From a virus, in IMG/VR virus record IMGVR_UViG_3300045988_111617: DNA of 64,000 nt, one strand, 5' to 3'. Shown piece by piece: positions 27,576 to 38,000 of this stretch (position 1 is its first letter; every line of letters begins with the position of its first letter). Position numbers and translations under genes: made by a program. The notes below the pieces were generated by a model, which saw only the letters and a list, made by a program, of their open reading frames with translations, had not been told where the DNA came from and did no database searches.

Positions 27576-29890
27576 TATATCTTGTATCACAGCAGATATT
27601 GCCTCCCTCAGATACTTACAAAAGGATAAGTGTTGAGGAATCTCTACAGTTGCTTGAAACTATCTCTGTTGTGGGTCTTGATACTGAGACTATGGGCTTT
27701 GACCCATATACAAAACAACTCCTTATGCTTCAGTTGGGCTGTTATGACTTTCAAGTAGTCATAGACTGTACCACAGTAAGTCCTGAACTCTACAAAAGTT
27801 ATCTTGAATCTGATAGGCTGTTCATTGGATGGAATATAAAGTTTGACTTGAAGTTCCTGTTCCATCAAAGAATAGTGCTTAAGAATGTCTATGATGGGTT
27901 CCTTGCAGAGAAACTCATGTGGTTGGGTTATCCTGCTGGTATTCATTCTATGAGTCTTAAAGCAGCAGGAGAGAGATATTGTGGGGTTGAACTTGACAAG
28001 ACAGTCAGAGGTCAGATTATGTGGGCAGGACTTTCAGATGCAGTCATTGACTATGCTGCAAATGATGTAAAGTGGCTGCCTATGATTATGGAGAAGCAGG
28101 CTATAGAACTTGAAAAACAAGGTCTGTCAAATGCTCTTGTCTATGAGAACAAGTCTGTCATCTGGCTTGCCTATACTGAGTATTGTGGAGTGCTTCTTAG
28201 TAGAGAAAGATGGAGGAGAAAGATGGACTTGGACAGAATGAATGTCCAAGTGTTTGAAGATGCTCTCAATAAGTGGGTAGTAAGTTCTTATAAAGGAGAA
28301 GAGTACTCCTATCACTATCTTCAGATAGAAGGTGTCCCAGAAGATGACCTTAATAAGATGAGGTCTAAAATGGAAGGGGAAAGAGCACCAGAGGCTGATA
28401 TAAAAGGAGTAAAGAGAGGCTATTATGAAGCATATAAAGTTCCTATAGGAGTTAAGGTTCTTGAAGATTTTGTCATTGATGACCCTCAAGGAGACCTGTT
28501 TTCTGGTTGGGACAATGCTGTTCAGTGTAATATAAACTGGAACAGTCCTATGCAGGTGATAAGACTTTTCAAGTTCCTTGGATTCAATCTGTTGGTTCAA
28601 GACCCTGAGACTGGTGAAATGAAGGATAGTATTGAGTCAAAAGTGATAGAGCCTCAGAAAGAGAGGTCTACTTTGGCTTATCTATATCTTCAGTATAAGG
28701 CTGCCACAAAGGTCACTTCTACCTATGGAGAGAATGTACTCAGGCAGATTAATGGGACTAGTGGAAGGCTTCATACCAACTTCAACCAGTTAGGAACTGA
28801 TACAGGAAGGTTGAGTTCTGGAGGAAAGGATAAGAAGGCAGGACTTGAGTATCTGAATTTTCAGAACTTCCCTGCTGACCCTGAGACCAGAGCCTGCTTT
28901 ATATCTGGTCCTGGAATGAAGTGGATTAGCTGTGACTATAGTGGACAGGAGTCAAGGATTATAGCAGACATAACCAATGATACTGCTATGCTTGACCTGT
29001 TTAACAATGGTTGTGGAGATATTCATTCTCTGGTAGCGAAGATGGCATATCCAGAAATTATTGGAGATTGCCCTATTGAGGAAATCAAACACAAATTCAA
29101 GCATTGGAGAAGTGAGGCAAAGGGTGTTGAGTTTGCCATAAATTATGGTGGAGATGCCAACACTATCAGGTCAAATAAAGGCCTGCCTATACAAGAGGCT
29201 CAGAAGATATATGACAGTTATATGAAAGGTTTCAAGGGTATGAAAACATATCAGGACAGACAGAGAAAGTTTGTCATGGAAAATGGCTTTATCATCCTTA
29301 ATCCAATAAGCCAACATAAGGCATATATCTATGACTATGACCTTCTGATGAAACTTAAGTCCAAGTTTACATCAGACTTTTGGTCTACTTATAGACTGTG
29401 TAAAGGTAAAGAGACCAAGAATCTACCAAAAGTAGTGAAGCAGGAACTCTATAAGAGGTTTGCTGAATGTACTGATATAAGGCAGATTACAGGGCAATAT
29501 CCTTATACAAAGAAGGTAGGACAGAAGGAGGAGCATTATACAGCAGTAGTTACTCTGGAAGATGCCTATGTACACCCTGTCAAATATTTCTTCAAAAGAA
29601 AAGCTGCTTCTGAAAAGCAGGCAATCAACTATCCTTGTCAAGGTACAGGAGCTGTCATGTTCAAGACAGCCTCATGTTTCTTATGGGATTATCTTGTTAA
29701 ACATGACTTAGTATTCAAAGTCAAACTCTGTATTCCAGCACATGATGAATGGAATATAGAGGTTCCAGAGGAACTTGCTGATGAAATGACCAAAGTATTG
29801 CAGGATTGTATGGCTAAAGCAGGAGGATACTTCTGTAGAAAGCTTAAACTTCCAGCAGATGCAGAGACAAGTGACCATTGGATACATTAG
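27572..29890 (+). CDS. DNA polymerase family A with 3'-5' exonuclease
   Basis: Exo I VVGLDTETMG, Exo III YAANDV, pol motif A DYSGQESRI, motif B RSEAKGVEFAINYGG, motif C PAHDE. Confidence 0.75.
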   Translation: MIYLVSQQILPPSDTYKRISVEESLQLLETISVVGLDTETMGFDPYTKQLLMLQLGCYDFQVVIDCTTVSPELYKSYLESDRLFIGWNIKFDLKFLFHQRIVLKNVYDGFLAEKLMWLGYPAGIHSMSLKAAGERYCGVELDKTVRGQIMWAGLSDAVIDYAANDVKWLPMIMEKQAIELEKQGLSNALVYENKSVIWLAYTEYCGVLLSRERWRRKMDLDRMNVQVFEDALNKWVVSSYKGEEYSYHYLQIEGVPEDDLNKMRSKMEGERAPEADIKGVKRGYYEAYKVPIGVKVLEDFVIDDPQGDLFSGWDNAVQCNINWNSPMQVIRLFKFLGFNLLVQDPETGEMKDSIESKVIEPQKERSTLAYLYLQYKAATKVTSTYGENVLRQINGTSGRLHTNFNQLGTDTGRLSSGGKDKKAGLEYLNFQNFPADPETRACFISGPGMKWISCDYSGQESRIIADITNDTAMLDLFNNGCGDIHSLVAKMAYPEIIGDCPIEEIKHKFKHWRSEAKGVEFAINYGGDANTIRSNKGLPIQEAQKIYDSYMKGFKGMKTYQDRQRKFVMENGFIILNPISQHKAYIYDYDLLMKLKSKFTSDFWSTYRLCKGKETKNLPKVVKQELYKRFAECTDIRQITGQYPYTKKVGQKEEHYTAVVTLEDAYVHPVKYFFKRKAASEKQAINYPCQGTGAVMFKTASCFLWDYLVKHDLVFKVKLCIPAHDEWNIEVPEELADEMTKVLQDCMAKAGGYFCRKLKLPADAETSDHWIH

Positions 29891-29924
29891 GATATTTGGG
29901 AAAAAGGGGCTGTAGTACCTTTAA

Positions 29925-30003
29925 GCCTTACCTGAGCCCCTGAACCTTTCAGGTAACAGACCATTGGGTAATTCCATAGGAGTGCAGTAGTAAGGCTTTT
30001 TTA
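29925..30003 (+). terminator. structured terminator-like RNA element after polA
   Basis: Outer stem gccttac/gtaaggc enclosing hairpins (aggggct/agcccct 29905-29941, acct-ttc-aggt), then tttttt. Confidence 0.35.
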
Positions 30004-30318
30004 TAAAAAAAAAGAGGAATGAAACGAGTAATGCTATAATCAATAATATAATCTGCCAGTACACAAAGCCAATAGAAGAAGTTCTTCATGGTTGGATTAT
30101 TCTTATAGATGGTCAGGTATGGAAACCTTATTCAGGAAGTTTTATATTTAACTCAAGGAAACAGGCAGTTACTGCTTTTTATGATGCGATGAGGTGGAGA
30201 GTAGTAGGCTCTATGGGAATAGCTGAAGGTAATAGCTACTATTGGAGGGACAGTTCAATGTATTGGGCAAGATTTAAGGAAGCCTTGAAAGATAGGATGG
30301 AAATAAGACAGATTTAAC

Positions 30319-30600
30319 ATGGAAACAAGAGAATATCTATTGAATCAGAAAGAAAAAGAAAAGAAAGATATGGTTAATCATCCAGACCATTATAATGTCA
30401 ATGGCATGGAATGTATTGATGTTATGGAAAAACTGTTTGGTATAGACTGGACATATCATTTCTGTGTGCTTAATGCTTTCAAATATCAGTTTAGGTTTAA
30501 TAATAAAGGCAAAGCTCAGGAAGATTTGAGAAAGGCTGCATGGTATAATACTAAGGCAGCAGAACTTCTTGAGAAGATGGAGGGAAAAAACAATGGCTAA
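30319..30600 (+). CDS. hypothetical protein (HPDHY motif, DUF3310-like from memory)
   Basis: 93 aa, NHPDHYNVNG...KYQFR. Confidence 0.4.
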   Translation: METREYLLNQKEKEKKDMVNHPDHYNVNGMECIDVMEKLFGIDWTYHFCVLNAFKYQFRFNNKGKAQEDLRKAAWYNTKAAELLEKMEGKNNG

Positions 30601-31282
30601 ATATCAGAAAATACAGACACTATTTCTCAGAGATGATAAGAATATTATCATTCCTGACCAGTTCACTTATCCAGAGTTTGAGTATCTGAAAGATAATAAA
30701 TGGGAGTGTACTGAGAAGATTGATTGAACCAACATCAGAATAGAACTTGACTTCAATGTCCATGATGATGGAGTAAGAGAGGTAAATGTTAATTTCAAAG
30801 GAAGAACTGATGAGGCTAACATACCTGAACATTTGTACAGAAGGCTTGAAGAACTGTTTGACAATGTTAATTGGCTTGAGATATTTGATATCACAAGTAC
30901 TACATCCATTACCCTCTATGGTGAAGGATATGGAGCTAAGATTCAAAAAGGAGGTAACTACATAAGTTCTGGTGTAGATTTTATCCTCTTTGATGTTAAA
31001 GTTGATAAATGGTGGCTGCAAAGGGATGCTGTTGAGGATATTGCAAATAAACTCAACATCAAAATAGTTCCTCTTATAGGATATATGACTATCCCTGAGG
31101 CAGTTGAGTATGTCAGGAGAGGCTTCAAGTCTACTATTGCAGAGAATAAGGATTATGAGGCTGAGGGTCTTGTTCTTAAGACTACTACAGGACTTCTGAG
31201 AAGGAATGGAGAAAGGCTTATAACCAAAATCAAGACAGTTGATTTCAGAAAATACAGAGATAGTCAAGTGATGAAATCATGA
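30593..31282 (+). CDS. Rnl2-like RNA ligase interrupted by in-frame TGA (30725-30727) at the KxDG glycine; recoded or pseudogene
   Basis: ATG 30593; TEKID-TGA-TNIRI is the nucleotidyltransferase motif I KIDGTN with the stop at the Gly position; downstream EGLVLK (motif IV) and ITKIK (motif V) are in the same frame. The ORF track shows only the 30833-31282 part. Confidence 0.55.
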
Positions 31283-31467
31283 AACAGTGGACATCAAAAG
31301 AGTTTCTAAGGATGCTTAGAAAGAATGGATATACTTACAGTAGACATAATGGGGACCATCATATCTATGTAAGTGAGGGAGGAAGGCATATATCTGTACC
31401 TCAGAAACTTGAGTGTGTCATTGCAAGAAGACTGATTAAAGAATATAATTTAAATACTGAATTATGA
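31279..31467 (+). CDS. hicA: HicA-family toxin (mRNA interferase)
   Basis: 62 aa, LRKNGYTYSRHNGDHHIYVSEGGRHISVP matches the HicA/YcfA pattern. Confidence 0.55.
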   Translation: MKQWTSKEFLRMLRKNGYTYSRHNGDHHIYVSEGGRHISVPQKLECVIARRLIKEYNLNTEL

Positions 31468-31474
31468 GTTTAGT

Positions 31475-31729
31475 ATGAGTAGAATTTATGGTGTAAGCAG
31501 TGATGGGGGATACCCAGCAGGGGCAGAATTTGATTCTAAATGTCCTTGGAATCAACCTCCAGATGAAGAGGTTGAAGTTTGTGTAAGTGTAACATATCAT
31601 GGTACAGTCAAGGTTAAAGTTCCTCATAATTATGAGGAATGTGACCTTAAAAAGGCTGTAAGAAATCAGATAACTCTTCCTGGGGATTTCTCTAAGGTAT
31701 GGGTTGAAGATGAAATGGAGATAATATAG
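31475..31729 (+). CDS. hypothetical protein (positional HicB-antitoxin candidate)
   Basis: 84-aa ORF immediately downstream of hicA; no sequence support for HicB. Confidence 0.3.
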   Translation: MSRIYGVSSDGGYPAGAEFDSKCPWNQPPDEEVEVCVSVTYHGTVKVKVPHNYEECDLKKAVRNQITLPGDFSKVWVEDEMEII

Positions 31730-31739
31730 AAGTAGGAGA

Positions 31740-32423
31740 ATGAGAATATTGGTTATAGGTGACATACATGGTCACAATGGTTGGGAGAAAGTAGTCTCCA
31801 AGGAGGATTGGGATAAAGTAGTCTTCCTTGGAGATTACTTTGACAATTATAGGAATACTCCTGGAAAAGAGCAAGTTACTAACTTCAAGAAGATACTTGC
31901 AATGAAGGCTACTCACCCTGATAAGGTAGAACTTCTCTATGGAAATCATGACCATTCCTATCTTAACAAGGAAAGATGCAGTGGTTATAAATGGCAAAAT
32001 CAACTTATTTATGAAGAAGTACTTAAGGAAGCTAAGGATAAAGGCTGGCTTAAACCTGTGTATATTCACGATGACATTATCTTCTCTCATGCAGGAGTAT
32101 CTTCATATTGGCTCAAAGAGGTAGCCCAATTAGCACATCCTCAGGACATTACTTGGGAGAATGTTCCTCTTGATAAGTTCAACTTCAATGAACTTACTGG
32201 GTACAATCCATTTGGAGATACACCTTCACAGAGTCCTATCTGGCTTAGACCTATGTCCCTTCTGAAATACCCCATTGATGGATACAGGCAGGTAGTAGGA
32301 CATACTCAGATGAAGGTTCCTGTGAATAGGGATAAAGTATGGTTCAATGATATGATGCCTAAGTATTATATCATTGTTGAAGATGGTAACATAGAGTTTA
32401 AGGAGAATAAACTGGAAGTTTAA
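31740..32423 (+). CDS. calcineurin-like metallophosphoesterase (Ser/Thr phosphatase-like)
   Basis: ILVIGDIHGH, VVFLGDYFDN, YGNHDHSY motifs. Confidence 0.65.
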   Translation: MRILVIGDIHGHNGWEKVVSKEDWDKVVFLGDYFDNYRNTPGKEQVTNFKKILAMKATHPDKVELLYGNHDHSYLNKERCSGYKWQNQLIYEEVLKEAKDKGWLKPVYIHDDIIFSHAGVSSYWLKEVAQLAHPQDITWENVPLDKFNFNELTGYNPFGDTPSQSPIWLRPMSLLKYPIDGYRQVVGHTQMKVPVNRDKVWFNDMMPKYYIIVEDGNIEFKENKLEV

Positions 32424-32445
32424 GTAATCATGGAAAGATAAAATT

Positions 32446-32724
32446 ATGTATACAGTTAAAGAGTGGCATTGTAGACCCACTTATAGAAAAGGAGACTTAG
32501 AGGCTGAAGCGGTAGTAATTAATGTTACTACTTTTAAAACTAGAAAAGCAGCTAAAGAGTTCATTGAAAATAAGTTGAAAGGGAAAAAGGAGGCTTGGAG
32601 AAGATACCATAAAGGTAATGAGACAAGCTATTGTGGATATTGTACTGGTAAAACTTGGATTCATGAGAATAATGGTGAAACTTACAAGGAATCTTTCACT
32701 TTTGAATTATCAAAAGGCATATGA
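32446..32724 (+). CDS. hypothetical protein
   Basis: 92-aa ORF. Confidence 0.45.
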   Translation: MYTVKEWHCRPTYRKGDLEAEAVVINVTTFKTRKAAKEFIENKLKGKKEAWRRYHKGNETSYCGYCTGKTWIHENNGETYKESFTFELSKGI

Positions 32725-33299
32725 GTGAAATTGTTAGATTAGACCAAGTAACAAGTTGGAAGAGAGCTTTGAATGCTGCAAGAAGGACTATTGGTAAAAC
32801 ACCATTAGCTAAAGAGCCTTCAAAGTCTTGGGAAGCAAAGATGCTCCTTGCTGAGCATAGTCCAATTAGGTTAGTAGAATTTGATTGGACATGGAAGGAC
32901 ATCATGCAGTGGGTTACTACTCATCTTGTAAGACATCATGAAGGCTGTGAGAAGTTTGTTCATAGCCAGAGAGGAGACAGGAGAGTATTACCTGTCCCAA
33001 GAAATGAATTACCTCAAGGTGCTCTCAATGATATGGATATGACAGCCAATGCTCAAGCTATCATAAACATATCAAGGAAGAGACTGTGTTCTTGTGCTTC
33101 TAAAGAAACCAGAGAGGCATGGAAACAAGTAGTAGAAGCTATCAGGGAGGTAGACCCAGTATTAGCTGATAAATGTGTTCCTGAATGTCTGTATAGAGGA
33201 TTCTGTCCTGAGTTTATGAACCCTTGTGGGTATTCTAAAACTAAGAAATTTGAAGAGGATTTGCAGAAATACAGAAGCACAGACTATGAGCAGGAGTAA
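32721..33299 (+). CDS. thyX: flavin-dependent thymidylate synthase-like
   Basis: AARRT..., EHSPIRLVEFDW..., VRHHEGCEKFVHSQRGDRR align with the ThyX core FRHRIASYNELSGRY as recalled from T. maritima; RHR is changed to RHH with one extra residue. Confidence 0.5.
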   Translation: MSEIVRLDQVTSWKRALNAARRTIGKTPLAKEPSKSWEAKMLLAEHSPIRLVEFDWTWKDIMQWVTTHLVRHHEGCEKFVHSQRGDRRVLPVPRNELPQGALNDMDMTANAQAIINISRKRLCSCASKETREAWKQVVEAIREVDPVLADKCVPECLYRGFCPEFMNPCGYSKTKKFEEDLQKYRSTDYEQE

Positions 33300-33314
33300 T
33301 TCCTGCTCTTTTTA
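33288..33314 (+). terminator. rho-independent terminator
   Basis: gagcagga-gtaat-tcctgctc stem followed by ttttt. Confidence 0.6.
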
Positions 33315-33552
33315 TAATAAGCAATTAAAAAAAAAGAGAATATGGCAATTTTTAGTAATGGTAAGGCTACATTTGCAGAGAGACTCAGCAGTGTAAAAGC
33401 TATGTTTCAGACTGCACACAATCAGGCATCTGCATTGAATGATGAGATGTAAAAAGAAATTGAAACAAAGCAGTCTCAGATTGAGTCTATTAATGCTCAA
33501 ATAAAGGAGATTAGTATCACTCAGGAAGAGACTAAGAGATTTATGTCTAACC

Positions 33553-34191
33553 TTGAAAAGTTTATTTAGTATGAATGAGGATAAATTAAAAGTCGGTAAT
33601 ATACTTTCTGAGACAACTCACTACAAGGTAGTGGCAAAGTTTGGAGACCATATTGACTGTATTCTTCAGGAAAGTGGAGACAAAATAAGTCTTGGAAATG
33701 ATTACGCCTTGAAGTATTGTTCTTCAGGAGATGTCTATGAAGAAATCAAGAAGGTGACCAAAGAGGATAAAGCTGATGGTACTCCAGGTATAAGAACTAT
33801 CTTTGAGAACATCCATTCTTCTGAGGTATTTACAGTGACATTCAAAAAGCAGGATAAAAAGAAGACCAAAAAGCAAATAGCAGAGGAGAAGAACTCTCAG
33901 ATAGATGAGGCTATTGCTATGATTAGCAGAGCCAAAGAGCAGAAGAAGTCTATGGCTGTAGCCTATGCTGAGGCTCTTGAGTTCATTCAGAACAATCCTG
34001 TAAAGGACTATATTGAAGGTGAGGATAGAGTACTGAGAGGCTACAAGATGCAGTTTGTCTCAAGAGATGGTAAATACAAATGTATGGACATGGATATTGA
34101 GAGAACTGAGAAAGAAACAGGTGAAAGATTGGTAAACATCAACACCATAAGTTGCTTGATATATAATGGTGTAAAATATATTGTGGAATAA
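33553..34191 (+). CDS. hypothetical protein
   Basis: 212-aa ORF; last 9 codons duplicated downstream of the HNH gene. Confidence 0.5.
   Translation: MKSLFSMNEDKLKVGNILSETTHYKVVAKFGDHIDCILQESGDKISLGNDYALKYCSSGDVYEEIKKVTKEDKADGTPGIRTIFENIHSSEVFTVTFKKQDKKKTKKQIAEEKNSQIDEAIAMISRAKEQKKSMAVAYAEALEFIQNNPVKDYIEGEDRVLRGYKMQFVSRDGKYKCMDMDIERTEKETGERLVNINTISCLIYNGVKYIVE
34165..34191 (+). repeat. target-site duplication copy 1 (codons YNGVKYIVE-stop)
   Basis: 19/27 nt identical to 34826-34852 and the same amino acids except I/V; the differences are wobble positions. Confidence 0.65.
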
Positions 34192-34258
34192 GCCAATTAA
34201 TTTTCAGTAAATTTGGAAATCTTACTTATTTTGCTTACCTTTGTAAAAAGAAAATATT

Positions 34259-34831
34259 ATGGGAGGAAAGAGAGTACAAATCATTGAAGTTAGTGGGATT
34301 AAATACAAAAAGTGTCCACATTGTGGTAGATTGCTACCATTATCTGACTTTGCTAAAAATGCTTCAAGCAAATATGGAGTCAGAAGTTGGTGTAAGAATT
34401 GTGTAAATAGTAATACTGACCCAGTAGCTAATAAACTCAGATGCAAACAGTACTATGAAACTACTGGGAGAGAACTTACTAAGCAGAGAAAGGAGAATAA
34501 TATACAGCTCTATTTATATCAATCAGCAAAATCAAGAGCAAGTCAAAAAGGAATAGAGTTTTCTATTAGTATTGATGATATTTTGGTTCCAGATGTATGC
34601 CCTATTCTTGGAATACCTCTAAAATATAATAGAGGTATAAAGGAAGATAATTCTTATTCATTGGATAGAATAAACCCCGCTGAAGGTTATATTAAAGGTA
34701 ATATTTGGGTAATATCATTAAGAGCTAATAGAATTAAAAATGATTCTACTCCTCAGGAACTGAGACTTATTGCTGATAAGGTAGAAAAAGCTATCAAATC
34801 TCAATCTCTCAGCTTATCTACAATGGAGTGA
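34259..34831 (+). CDS. HNH homing endonuclease
   Basis: CPHCGR...CKNC zinc finger at the N-terminus; SLDRINPAEGYIKGNIWVIS...AN HNH region. Confidence 0.6.
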   Translation: MGGKRVQIIEVSGIKYKKCPHCGRLLPLSDFAKNASSKYGVRSWCKNCVNSNTDPVANKLRCKQYYETTGRELTKQRKENNIQLYLYQSAKSRASQKGIEFSISIDDILVPDVCPILGIPLKYNRGIKEDNSYSLDRINPAEGYIKGNIWVISLRANRIKNDSTPQELRLIADKVEKAIKSQSLSLSTME

Positions 34832-34852
34832 AGTATGTTGTAGAGTAAATCT
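34826..34852 (+). repeat. target-site duplication copy 2 (YNGVKYVVE-stop in an alternative frame)
   Basis: See 34165-34191. Confidence 0.65.
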
Positions 34853-34894
34853 CTACTATTTACTTCTCTTTTTGATAATATTAAGAAATTTTCT

Positions 34895-34927
34895 AAGGGA
34901 GATAGCAATATCTCCCTTATTTTTTTA
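34895..34927 (+). terminator. rho-independent terminator
   Basis: aagggagata-gcaa-tatctccctt stem followed by ttttttt. Confidence 0.65.
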
Positions 34928-35040
34928 TACTATAATTAGTAATCAAATTAGAGAGTATACAGATTAATACTTAATAGCTTGGTTAATTAAAATTAAATAC
35001 TTATCTTTGTCTATCTTTAAATTAATTAATACCAAATAAC

Positions 35041-38000
35041 ATGAATTCAGGAATTAATTGTGTTGTTGACACTCCAATACTTCAGGAATTATACAACAAA
35101 GTTAAAAACAAAGTAGAAAGTTATGAGGAATTTAAAACTCTTGTATCCCTTTGGTGGAGAAGAGAGAAACAAAAAAATCCTCAGTTTGATTATGAAGTAT
35201 ATCCATCTCCTGATAAGATAGATTCTCTGCTTGCTGAAAGAACTAACAAGAAAGAAGAAGGAGTGGATTCAACTATTTCATATACTCCAAAAGGTAAGAG
35301 AACTCAAGTATATACTATTAAAGGGTCTCATATCTATAATAGGGATGGCAAAGAAGTATTTGCAAAAGACAGTATAGATAGAAATAAGATATTCGCTAAT
35401 TTTGCTGTTAAATCTGGGAGAGCAGTAGTTGTCGAGCATAATAACAGTAGATATGTTGTAAATGATAGAAATCAAATTATCTCTGTTACTACTGGTAAAA
35501 TGATGCAGTGGGATGAGAAGAATAAGGATAGAAATGCAATCATTAAAGCTGCTCAGGAGAAGTTTAATGGGAGAAAGTCAGCGGAAGTAGAAGAAGCTCC
35601 TATATTTGAAGATAATGAAACTTCTTCTGAGGAAAGAGGCACAGCAATAAATAACTTTATTCCATTTTCAGAAGAAATAGAAGAGCTTTCTCTTGAAGAG
35701 AGAGGGCTTACTCCTGCTATAAATCCTAATGATTTGGAAGCTAAAGCAGATGTTGCTTTTGGAACTCCTCAAAGAAGAAGGGATAGAGTTAATCTTATTG
35801 CTAATGCTATTAGACAAAATTTCAGTATTGAATTTGAAAGACAGAAAAGAGTTTTACAGGAAAGACTTTCTTCTGAAACAGATGCTGATAAGATTGTAGA
35901 ACTACAGGAGCAATTAGATACTCTTGATGAAAAAAGAGCTGTTGAACTCGGTTTTAATAATATCCTTGTAAGAATAAGGAAAATGTTTCAACCAAAAGAT
36001 TCTCTTCCTGCTTATTACAATTCAGAGTTTGTGAAACTTCAAGATAATTGGGATACAGTAGTTGCAGAGGCCCTGGAGCTTTTAAAAGAAACTGATGGTT
36101 TAGCAGTTGATTTCATTGAAACTAATTTTGATGATGGAACTCAGATAGATGAAGAATCAGGAGATTACTTTGATGATGATAGTCAGAAGGAGTATGGTTA
36201 CAAAGATGGTTGGATGACTAAAGCTAGATTTGTAGACCAGAGAGATTCTCTCAGTAAGAAGGTTAGAAAAATCATTTGGACTACTGATAAAATCGGCTTT
36301 GACGGAAAGCCAGAAATTGATGATTTAGGTTTTAAAAGATATTTGCAACCAGATATGGTGCAAGCTACTCTTTTACAAGCTTTTGGACAGTCAAGAAATT
36401 CTGAGCATTTTTGGAAAATCCTTAATGATTTAGCTAAAAGAAAGAAGTGGGTTCAGCCTCTTATAGACAGACTCAATAAAGAAGAAGATACTAAATCTCA
36501 ATTTTATCAGAACTTTAGAAAGGAGTTTATGCCTTATTGGGTACAACTTCAGAAAGAAGTAAAAAATACTGATGGAGAAGTAATATCAGTTGTAACTCAA
36601 ACTAAGAGGGTAAATAAAATTCCTGGAATTATGCACATGCTTGATGAATGGAGGGATAATTATGAGGAAGGGTCTAAATTAGATGAGCTTAGTGTTTATA
36701 AAGAAGGACAACAGTTAGACAAAGATAATGCAAGTAAAGCATTTGATTATATTTCAGAGCTTCAAAATAGTTATCCTGAGGATGTTAATGAATGGATAGA
36801 ATCAGATGATAATCTCAATAAGGTAATGAGAGCTCTGCACATGGCAGGAATAACTGCTGATGCAGAAGTTGTAAGAGAAGCTTTAAAAGGAGAAGACTTA
36901 CAAGACGGTACTCAAAGACTTGATAAAATTTATCAGCTTTTATCTGGAATGTTCAGAGATATTAAAGAGGATAAAGTTGGCAAGACAGTATCTTCAGATG
37001 GCACTGTACAATATGATGACCTTCTTAATGCTTATGACAGCACTTATACTATAATAGCTAAAATAATAGACACTATTCCAGAAGATTCTGTATTAAGTTC
37101 TTTTAGAGAAGCAGGTAATTCCTATCAGAGTTATTCAGCTCCTTCTTATTTAGGTAAACTTATAAATAATTTAAAGAACTTAGATGGAACAGCAGAGTCT
37201 TTAAACAAGTTTTATCAAGAACAATATGGTCAATATAAATGGTTTTATAGTAGAAATACAGGATATAGAAGTTCTTGGCTTAGACAACTTGTAAATAGCC
37301 AAAGTAAGAGAGATTTGCTTGATAGGAAAGTAATTTTACATTCTGGTAAACTTGAATTTAATGACTGGGGAAATTCAGAATATGCTAAGGTAATGATTTC
37401 TGAATTTTTAAGCACTGCTGATAATAATTCTGCTTGGTATTACTTACCTCTGCTTGCTGATGCTGAATCTGCTGAGTTCATAAAGTTCACTAAATATACT
37501 GATTCTTCTGTACAAGATGAATCAGGTAATTATATTCCTTATGACAAACTAATTCTTAATGAATTAGAGGATGTGGTAAGACAAGAGTATGACAGAATCA
37601 TGCTTGTAAGGCAGAGAGAGGGTAAAGTAAATCCAATAGCTAACTTTGATATTATAAGAGACAAGGATGGAGAGGAAATAGGAGTTGTCAGAAATGCTGA
37701 TGGAGATATTATCAGTAGAAATACTGGTAATGAGTTTAAGTTTTTCCCTGCACTTAATACCTATAAAATAAATGGCAGACTCTTTATAGATGTGCTTCAA
37801 GAAAAAATACTTAGAAATGATTCTGATGTAGCTAGCTTTATTCAATCAGCCTTAAGTGATATTATGGAGAGTGGATTTGCTAAGTTCATGAAAACCATGG
37901 ATGAAGCAGGAGTTTTAGAGACTAATAATGGAGTTTCTAAATATTTTCAAATGAAAGCAAGTGAGTTGGAAGGGACTCTGAGAAATTTTTATTGGAATAA

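Noticed and set aside
30620-31267. 215-aa minus-strand ORF
   Set aside because: Antisense to the RNA ligase reading frame, which has clear motifs; low-complexity translation.
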